From the NCBI GenBank assembly GCA_047611865.1, contig JBLFWS010000004.1, positions 1 to 49,315 on the forward strand: a stretch of 49,315 bases of DNA. The letters run 5' to 3'. A program made the translations under genes and the position numbers. Below the pieces are notes generated by a model. That model was not told where the DNA came from. It ran no database searches and saw nothing but the letters and a program-made list of their open reading frames with translations. Below, piece after piece: positions 17,564 through 24,654 of this stretch; position 1 is the first letter of the stretch; every line of letters starts with the position of its first letter. This stretch comes from Chlamydiales bacterium. Lineage in GTDB: Bacteria; Chlamydiota; Chlamydiia; Chlamydiales; JBDQID01.

Positions 17564-19534
17564 ATGCTTCATAGGTACTTGTTAACAGTTTTTCTGCTAT
17601 TTACTTCTTTTGTTGCTGAATCAAAGCTTCCTGAGATAGATAGCCCTGATGTGATGGTCAAAGTCAAAGAAATTATGGCTGCTCACGCTAACTATAAAGA
17701 GCTAAATAGCCCGCTTATTAAGCGTATTTTACAGAATTTCCTGGAAGAATTGGACCGTGGAAAGACTTATTTTACCGAAGAAGACATCTTTCAGTGGCTA
17801 GAACCCAATGAAAACCTACTTATTGGGGCTCTGGAGAACTACAAAAACGGTAATTATTCCATTTTTTTTGAGATCCATAAAAAAATGTTAGTAGCAATTA
17901 AGCGTCGAAATGACTGGAAAGAGACCATTGAAAGCGATGAATTGCCAAAAGATGTCAAAGTTTCTGAATTTAAAGACCTGAAATGGGCAGGAAATGAAGA
18001 TCAGCTATATGATCGCCTTCTTAGGTTAAAGGCTCTTCAGCTTGAATCAGCTGAGAAGCTGGATGAAGAAGTAAGGGAAAAATCTCTGCAACGTATCGAA
18101 AAGCGTAGATTGAACTATGAGGAAGATATTTTAACTAAGGATATGCTCGAAAGAAAACGTATGATTTTATCTTATATCTTAAAAGCAACCGCTTCCGCTC
18201 TTGATGCTCATACGGCATATTTTACTCCTGGAGAGGCCACTCAGTTTATGATTGGGGTTCAACAGAGACTTTTTGGAATAGGAGCTCAGCTTCGTGATGA
18301 TTTGAATGGCTTTACCGTTACAAAAATCATTGAAGGAGGACCTGCCTTTCGTGGAGGAGAGTTGAAGGCAGAAGACCGTATTATTGCAGTAGATGGGGAA
18401 CCCGTAGTGGGTTTGGAGATAATTGAGGCTGTAGAGTTAATAAGAGGAGAGGAAGGAGAAGCTGTTGTTCTTTCCGTTCTTAGGAATATTGCGGAGGAAG
18501 AGGAAGAGAAGAACGAGGAAAAATTTGATGTTAAAATCGTTCGAGGTGAGGTTGTTCTCGAAGATAGTCGTATTAAAACGGAATATGAACCCTATGGTGA
18601 CGGGGTTATTGCCCATATTACTCTATATTCTTTTTATCAAGATCCTCAGTCATCATCATCATCTGATCTGTACCATGAAATACAGAAGCTCGAGCAGGAG
18701 CAAAATCTCAAGGGTATTATTTTAGACCTTCGCTATAATTCCGGAGGGATTCTCAATCAAGCAGTTAAAGTGACAGGCTTATTTATCACTAAGGGAATTA
18801 TTGTCTCTACTAAGGATGGAGATGGAAATTTGCAGCATCTAAGGGATTTGGATGGTAGAGCTGCATGGAATGGGCCTCTTATAGTTCTCACTAATAGAGC
18901 GAGTGCATCTGCAGCAGAGATTGTGGCACAGACTCTTCACGATTATGGACGAGCCATTATCGTAGGAGATGATCATACCTTTGGAAAGGGAACTTTCCAG
19001 ACCTTTTCCTTAGATTCTTCAAGAGAAGGGGTGGCAAACCCTCAAGGAGAATATAAGGTAACAAGGGGAAAATATTACACTGTTTCAGGTAAGAGCCCTC
19101 AGCTTGCAGGAGTTCCTGCTGACATCATAGTTCCCGGGGTTTTGTCAGAATTTGATATAGGTGAAAGCTTTGCAAAGTATCCTTTAGAGAATGATACGAT
19201 TGATGCAAATTTTGTTGATGATCTTTCAGATGTAGAATACTATCATCGTGCACAGATGATGAAGTTGTATAATTTTGACTTGCAGGTTCCTGGAGATTCT
19301 TTTACTAAGTATGTTGTAATTCTAAAGAAAAACTCGAGCTTACGCATTGAAGGGAATAAAAATTATCAGAATTTTCTTGAGGAGCTTCAAAATATTGATA
19401 AGGATGAAGACTCAGAAGAAGAGTACGGTATCAATGACCTACAGCTAATGGAAACTATTAATGTTATGAAAGACTTAATTCTTCTGATGCAAGGGAAAGC
19501 AATGCCTTCAGACAGTTTTTCTGTAAGTTCCTAA
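17564..19534 (+). CDS. tsp: Tail-specific protease (S41 family, PDZ)
   Basis: Signal peptide, LDAHTAYF, GIGAQL PDZ, DLRYNSGG, SASAAE catalytic Ser, FGKG Lys. Confidence 0.93.
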   Translation: MLHRYLLTVFLLFTSFVAESKLPEIDSPDVMVKVKEIMAAHANYKELNSPLIKRILQNFLEELDRGKTYFTEEDIFQWLEPNENLLIGALENYKNGNYSIFFEIHKKMLVAIKRRNDWKETIESDELPKDVKVSEFKDLKWAGNEDQLYDRLLRLKALQLESAEKLDEEVREKSLQRIEKRRLNYEEDILTKDMLERKRMILSYILKATASALDAHTAYFTPGEATQFMIGVQQRLFGIGAQLRDDLNGFTVTKIIEGGPAFRGGELKAEDRIIAVDGEPVVGLEIIEAVELIRGEEGEAVVLSVLRNIAEEEEEKNEEKFDVKIVRGEVVLEDSRIKTEYEPYGDGVIAHITLYSFYQDPQSSSSSDLYHEIQKLEQEQNLKGIILDLRYNSGGILNQAVKVTGLFITKGIIVSTKDGDGNLQHLRDLDGRAAWNGPLIVLTNRASASAAEIVAQTLHDYGRAIIVGDDHTFGKGTFQTFSLDSSREGVANPQGEYKVTRGKYYTVSGKSPQLAGVPADIIVPGVLSEFDIGESFAKYPLENDTIDANFVDDLSDVEYYHRAQMMKLYNFDLQVPGDSFTKYVVILKKNSSLRIEGNKNYQNFLEELQNIDKDEDSEEEYGINDLQLMETINVMKDLILLMQGKAMPSDSFSVSS

Positions 19535-19541
19535 CTGTCTG

Positions 19542-19601
19542 TATACCGAAACAAAGTTAAAGATCGGAAAAAAAACCAATTCTTGAATTTGTTTCGGTAT
19601 A
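19542..19601. repeat. Short TA-flanked inverted-repeat element (family C)
   Basis: 14-bp perfect IR tataccgaaacaaa / tttgtttcggtata. Confidence 0.7.
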
Positions 19602-19658
19602 GGTTACTTCTTTTAGCCTTGAAATCTAAGGTGTAAACAGGGACAATTATTTCCTAAT

Positions 19659-19742
19659 TATACCACCATTGAGTACAAGCTGGGACTTCCAAGATGATCT
19701 TTTTTCGTCTCAAATTCTAAGTTTTCGGCCGATGGTGGAATA
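19659..19742. repeat. TA-flanked imperfect foldback directly upstream of gltX
   Basis: tataccaccattg … cgatggtggaata with partial inner pairing. Confidence 0.45.
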
Positions 19743-19775
19743 TGTAATCCCTTTACCTTTGTTTAAGGAAATAGT

Positions 19776-21302
19776 ATGTCAGTTCGTGTTCGTATAGCGC
19801 CCTCTCCTACAGGCGATCCACATGTTGGAACAGCTTACATGTCTTTGTTTAATATGATTTTTGCAAGACATCATAAGGGAAAATTTATTCTCCGTATTGA
19901 AGATACGGATCAATCCCGTTCCCGACCGGAATATGAACAAAACATCTTTGATACATTGAGGTGGTGTAACATCCAGTGGGATGAAGGGCCAGATGTAGGC
20001 GGTGATTTCGGTCCATATCGACAATCAGAACGATTTGAAATTTACAAAGAATATTCTCAAAAACTATTGGATGAAGGAAAAGCATACAAATGCTTTGCCA
20101 CCCCAGAAGAACTGACTGAAATGCGCGAGGCCAGTGCTAAACTTGGTGGTCATCAAGGTTACGACCGGAGATATCGGGATCTAAGTTCTGAGGAGGTCCA
20201 AAAGCGTGTAGATGGAGGAGAATCTTTTGTGGTTCGCTTGAGAGTTCCTCTTTCTGGTGAATGCGTGTACGAGGATAAAGTTAAGGGGAAAGTGACTGTG
20301 CCCTGGGCAGATGTTGATGACCAGGTTCTTATGAAAGCAGACGGGTTCCCAACTTATCATATGGCCAATGTCGTAGATGACCATCTTATGGGAATTACTC
20401 ACGTGATTCGTGGTGATGAGTGGATGAGCTCTGTTCCTAAACACGTTCTTCTTTACGAGTACTTTGCTTGGGAAGCACCTGTTTTTATGCATATGCCGTT
20501 ATTACTTGGTCTTGATGGGAAAAAATTATCCAAAAGAAAAAACCCGACTTCGATTTTTTATTATCGTGATTGTGGATTTCTTCCTGAGGCCTTTGTTAAT
20601 TTTATGACTCTTATGGGTTACAGTATGCCTGAGGATAAAGAAGTCTATTCTCTAGAGGAAATTATTGAAAAATTTGATGATTCTCGAATAGGTGTTTCGG
20701 GTGCAGTTTTCGATGTCCGTAAGCTAGAATGGCTTAACCAGCAGTATCTTATTAATAATATTCCTCAAAATCAGCTATGGAGTAGGATTAAGGACTGGGG
20801 TTTTAATGACGCCTTTATGGGAAAATTGATGGCTCTTTGCCACACTCGCCTCAAAACTTTTGGGGATTTCATTGAAGTTTGTGATTTCTTCTTTATCAAC
20901 AACCTTGGGTATACCCCGGAACTCTTCGCTCCAAAGGGTATTTCTCCAGATAAAGCAGTCTTTATTTTTCAGGCACTAGTTTGGCACATGGAAGAAAATG
21001 AAAATTGGAAAAGCGATGGTGTGCATGATGCGTCTCGATTTGTAGCTGAAGCATTTGGCGTTCATCATAAGAAGATTATTATGCCTCTACTTTTTGCAGC
21101 TATTATGGGTAAGAAAAATGGGCCTCCTCTTTTTGATTCTGCTGACCTCTTAGGAAAAGATCGTACAAGAGCCCGCTTGATGGGAGCGATTGAATTTTTG
21201 GGTGGAGTCTCCAAAAAGCAGTTGGCAAAACTCAAGAAAGCTTGGGATAAAGGTGACTGTCAAAGTCTCTTTTCTGATAGTGAGGAAAAGCAAGCAGTCT
21301 AG
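19776..21302 (+). CDS. gltX: Glutamate--tRNA ligase
   Basis: [14 protein letters not shown] (HIGH), LRIEDTD, KLSKR. Confidence 0.97.
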   Translation: MSVRVRIAPSPTGDPHVGTAYMSLFNMIFARHHKGKFILRIEDTDQSRSRPEYEQNIFDTLRWCNIQWDEGPDVGGDFGPYRQSERFEIYKEYSQKLLDEGKAYKCFATPEELTEMREASAKLGGHQGYDRRYRDLSSEEVQKRVDGGESFVVRLRVPLSGECVYEDKVKGKVTVPWADVDDQVLMKADGFPTYHMANVVDDHLMGITHVIRGDEWMSSVPKHVLLYEYFAWEAPVFMHMPLLLGLDGKKLSKRKNPTSIFYYRDCGFLPEAFVNFMTLMGYSMPEDKEVYSLEEIIEKFDDSRIGVSGAVFDVRKLEWLNQQYLINNIPQNQLWSRIKDWGFNDAFMGKLMALCHTRLKTFGDFIEVCDFFFINNLGYTPELFAPKGISPDKAVFIFQALVWHMEENENWKSDGVHDASRFVAEAFGVHHKKIIMPLLFAAIMGKKNGPPLFDSADLLGKDRTRARLMGAIEFLGGVSKKQLAKLKKAWDKGDCQSLFSDSEEKQAV

Positions 21303-21336
21303 GTCGTGTATTAAAATTACGAAACGCTGCTTTTTT
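21299..21336. mobile_element. Family A terminus on the gltX stop codon (A3)
   Basis: ctaggtcgtgtattaaaattacgaaacgctgctttt, identical to the start of A4. Confidence 0.9.
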
Positions 21337-21638
21337 GATCTTTTGCGGCATTTGGCGAAGCCTTCATGAGGAGCGAAGCTCCGGTACACCAATAGCCTAG
21401 ATCCGAAATGAGCCTTCGGCGAATGTAGGGCTAGGTATAGGTCGATATGTGTATCAGAGCACTGAATGTGCGACACAAAAAACGTAGCTAAGCTTTTTGT
21501 GTCGGACTTTCAGCCCTTTATCTTATGTTTTACGTTGGTCCTAGCCCTACATTCGCTGGCGCTCATTCCGAACCAGGCTATTGTTGCGACGAAACTTCGT
21601 TCCTTATGAAGGCCTAGCCTACGCCACAAAACAGTCAA
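21335..21638. repeat. ~300-nt rod-like imperfect foldback
   Basis: Nested pairings: gccttcatgaggagcgaag/cttcgttccttatgaaggc, aatagcct/aggctatt, aatgagc/gctcatt, gcgaatgtagggctagg/cctagccctacattcgc, ctgaa/ttcag, cgacacaaaaa/tttttgtgtcg. Confidence 0.9.
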
Positions 21639-21660
21639 GTGGATCCACATCATAAATGGT

Positions 21661-21756
21661 CTGGGTCGTGTGTGAAATTAGGTGAGTTATGACCGGGACT
21701 CAAAGCGGGGCGAAAGGCTCCAAAAGTAGCGTTGCGTAATTTTAATAGATAACCCG
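21661..21756. mobile_element. Degenerate, internally deleted family A copy
   Basis: ctgggtcgtgtgtgaaattag fused to gtgagttatgacc…gcgaaaggctccaaaagtagcgttgcgtaattttaata, which matches the right half of A6. Confidence 0.8.
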
Positions 21757-21802
21757 TTCTTTCTTATTCTCTTTGTGAGGATATAGAGAGAGCGGGTTTT
21801 TT
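21751..21802 (+). terminator. Intrinsic terminator, probably of the tsp/gltX transcript
   Basis: Stem aacccgttctttct…agagagagcgggtt followed by a T run. Confidence 0.7.
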
Positions 21803-21865
21803 GTAGTAACAAAGGAGAAAAAAAATTATAAGGCTATTTTAAAAGATAAAAAATAGGAGGAAAGT

Positions 21866-22819
21866 ATGGCAGCTCCAGTTGTTAACGACACTTCAGCGGG
21901 TGAAGTAGATGAATCGGAAAATCAGCCGAAGCGTGGAAAACTGAAGCGAGCTTCTTCCTGGATGGGGCGAAAGGTTAGGCATTGGGAGGCAACGACTGTT
22001 GCTATTGGAGGAGGTGTAGGAGTAGCCCAAATAATTGTAGGGGCTGTAATTCTTGATAGTGTTTTTTTATGGGGTGCTGGAACAGTTGTAGTGGGTACTT
22101 CAGCTCTCGGTGTATATACCATTAGAAAGTTCAAAGGTAGATATAGTATTGCGAAGGCTACAAAAAATCTGAATCTAGCTGTAGATGAACTTCAATCAGA
22201 GAATAGCATGCTTAAAAATGAAATTGAGAGGATGCGTGAAATTTTCAATAAGATGGTGAAGAGTGATGCTGAGTTTTGTGAAAAGTTGGAGACCGCTTCT
22301 CAAGGACAAAGCGAAATAAGGATAGAGCTAGGTAGTCTAAACGGGCATATGGACCAAATTGACGAGTTAACGGGAAAGGTCGATGAAGGAAGACTACAAC
22401 TGGAAAGAGGCGTTGTAGGGTTTTCTAAAGAAGTAGATGAGTTTGAAGGGAAAGCTGGCGATCTTGAAAAAATTGTCAATCAGTTGGGTACTTGGAGAGA
22501 TAGGATTCTCGAATCGTATCAAGAACTTGTAACTGAAAGACAGGTATTTTCTAAAGAAATTGAACGTTTACAGGGTGTAACACAATCTTTTGCTGCACAA
22601 ATTGATGAAATAAAAAAAAGTTGCAGAACTCTACAAAGTTCTAACGGTAGACTTGAAAATCGTTTTAAAGAGGTTAAGGGTACGAGTTTAGAACTCGCCA
22701 ATACGGCTGCAGAGTATAAGCGGATTACTCAGAATTTTGAGAGTTTGAGGCAGCAAATTGAAAATTCTATAGTACGAGTAGAGACCTACACTGAAGTATT
22801 AAAAAACAGCAAGTCCTGA
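21866..22819 (+). CDS. Inc-like (inclusion membrane) protein: bilobed hydrophobic domain plus coiled coil
   Basis: Hydrophobic stretch at about aa 42-86 followed by long heptad-rich region; AGGAGG RBS. Confidence 0.75.
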   Translation: MAAPVVNDTSAGEVDESENQPKRGKLKRASSWMGRKVRHWEATTVAIGGGVGVAQIIVGAVILDSVFLWGAGTVVVGTSALGVYTIRKFKGRYSIAKATKNLNLAVDELQSENSMLKNEIERMREIFNKMVKSDAEFCEKLETASQGQSEIRIELGSLNGHMDQIDELTGKVDEGRLQLERGVVGFSKEVDEFEGKAGDLEKIVNQLGTWRDRILESYQELVTERQVFSKEIERLQGVTQSFAAQIDEIKKSCRTLQSSNGRLENRFKEVKGTSLELANTAAEYKRITQNFESLRQQIENSIVRVETYTEVLKNSKS

Positions 22820-22898
22820 CCGATATAATATTTTCTTGCTTTCAAATAGCTTTCATAGGATCTTCTCGGCATTATTTTTGAAAAAAGGGAAGGGTAAA

Positions 22899-23888
22899 AT
22901 GACAGCAGCTTTGGGTAACGTTGTAATATCAGGTGCTTTTACGGAGGCTGCCCAGGAGGTGGTGGGTAGTGCGACGGAACAGGTAAAAAACAGTTGGTTA
23001 GGTCGTAACTTCACCCACTGGACAGAGCCTTTATTTGGTATTACAGCATTGGTTAGTGTTGTAGTAGCTGTAACAGGTTTTTTTACTGGACCGTCTATGC
23101 AGATTACTATTGGTGTTACAACAATTGGAACGGGTGTATTAGCCACTTACACGGGAGCTGCTGCGTGTATCATATCTCTTTTGGCTCTTCATTATATTAA
23201 GTCTTTTAAATCACAGTATGACCTTTTACAAATTGGAGAAAAGCTTGACGTTCAAGTGGATGAGTTGGAAAATACAAACGAGGAATTAAAATCTTTACGA
23301 GATGAGTATCGAAACATTTGTACAGAGCTTGATCAAAAAAAAAGGAAATTGGAAAGTCTGAAAGAGAAGGTTCAGACCAATACACGGGAGCTGAAAAGTA
23401 AATTAAAAATTCTATCTACGTATTCAAAAAAAATAAAAGAAGTAGAAAGAGGTATTAGAGATTCCAGTGAGAGTATGAGGGAGCATAATCGTGAATTGGA
23501 AGAGTATATAGCTCAAGTTAATTCCACGATGGGTTCTCTTGAGAGATTTAGCGACGAGCTGGACGGAAATCTGGAAGAATTTATCTCTTTTGCAGAACAA
23601 ATTGATAAAGAGTCGGATGAAATTGCTACTGAAGTTGGAAAACTTCGAGAAGTAATTGGTCGTGTGCCCGTAGCTATAGAATTGCTAAGTGGTGCAGTAG
23701 GGAATATGACAAATTTTACCCAAAGTACTGATGCCTACTGTTCACGTCTAGAAGAGGCAGAAGGTAACTTGGCACAAAGCAAACTTGAGCTTACTGAGAT
23801 GATTGTAATTTATCAAGATCTTGAGAAAAGGTTTTTAGAAAGTATTGAAAAGTTGAACGCTCAACTTCCCAGTGGTGGCTTAGCCTAG
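22899..23888 (+). CDS. Second Inc-like protein, probable paralog of the upstream gene
   Basis: Same layout (SWxGRxxxHW, bilobed hydrophobic domain, coiled coil); start set at ATG 22899. Confidence 0.75.
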   Translation: MTAALGNVVISGAFTEAAQEVVGSATEQVKNSWLGRNFTHWTEPLFGITALVSVVVAVTGFFTGPSMQITIGVTTIGTGVLATYTGAAACIISLLALHYIKSFKSQYDLLQIGEKLDVQVDELENTNEELKSLRDEYRNICTELDQKKRKLESLKEKVQTNTRELKSKLKILSTYSKKIKEVERGIRDSSESMREHNRELEEYIAQVNSTMGSLERFSDELDGNLEEFISFAEQIDKESDEIATEVGKLREVIGRVPVAIELLSGAVGNMTNFTQSTDAYCSRLEEAEGNLAQSKLELTEMIVIYQDLEKRFLESIEKLNAQLPSGGLA

Positions 23889-24262
23889 GTCGTGTATTAA
23901 AATTACGAAACGCTGCTTTTGGGCCCTTTTTCCATATTTTTGAATCACACCAACTCATCTACTTTTCTAAGTATGAAGAGTTGTGAGCAATCCAAAATGG
24001 CGTTGTTGCATAAAACATGCATCTACAAGAGGCTTATGATTAACATTTTACCACCGAGATCACAGAGAAAATAAAAGATCACAGATCAGTTGATAGCATA
24101 TTCTGAGAGACTTTATGCATTTTCCTATCTCTCTCTGCTCTCGGTGCTCTCGGTGGTTAAACAAATGATTGTAAACGTATTAAGTTATGCAACAACGCCA
24201 TCCAAAATTATAAAAAAATGCCCTCAAAATTAGACATTCCCTAATTTTAATACACGGCCTAG
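23885..24262. mobile_element. MITE family A, copy A4, containing B2
   Basis: ctaggtcgtgtattaaaatta … taattttaatacacggcctag; both CTAG flanks are stop codons of the convergent genes. Confidence 0.92.
23999..24199. mobile_element. MITE family B, copy B2, 201 bp
   Basis: TIR GGCGTTGTTGCATAA; perfect 9-bp TSD atccaaaat (23990-23998 and 24200-24208). Confidence 0.97.
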
Positions 24263-24654
24263 AAGTTTTTCTTGATGTGTTCGAAAATTAATACAGCCAC
24301 ATCTTCATTCCCGACAGGTCCAACACGAATTCTGAAACTCGTTACATTTCTTGTTTGTTCTTCCAGGCGAATTACGACTTCTTCGTGATCATAGCTTTCC
24401 GCTATGATCTTCCGATGGAGGGGGCGGATTTCTTCGCTCAGGGTTTTGAAGCCTAATTCATCAAGGGTTTTACGAGAAGCTTTCCATGCAACAGGTAGAG
24501 AGACTGGTTCGGAGGCTTTTAAGTCTCCTTGAAAGTAGCCATAGACGCCCGCACCCAGAGCGGCTCCGGTGGTTGCCATAATCAAAGAGCAAGCACTCAG
24601 AACCAAGCTGGAGCAGATAAGTAAAATAGAGAAGGGTATAAACCGTTTTCTCAT
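24259..24654 (-). CDS. Lipoprotein, DUF3568-like
   Basis: MRKRF…LVLSAC lipobox, Gly/Ala-rich GAALGAGVYGY, C-terminal IRVGPVGNE; ATG overlaps the ppdK stop (TAATG). Confidence 0.75.
   Translation of the reverse strand: MRKRFIPFSILLICSSLVLSACSLIMATTGAALGAGVYGYFQGDLKASEPVSLPVAWKASRKTLDELGFKTLSEEIRPLHRKIIAESYDHEEVVIRLEEQTRNVTSFRIRVGPVGNEDVAVLIFEHIKKNF

Noticed and set aside
21335..21638. Hammerhead ribozyme, viroid-like RNA or retron ncRNA in the rod hairpin
   Set aside because: No CUGANGA core found on either strand, and no reverse transcriptase in the window
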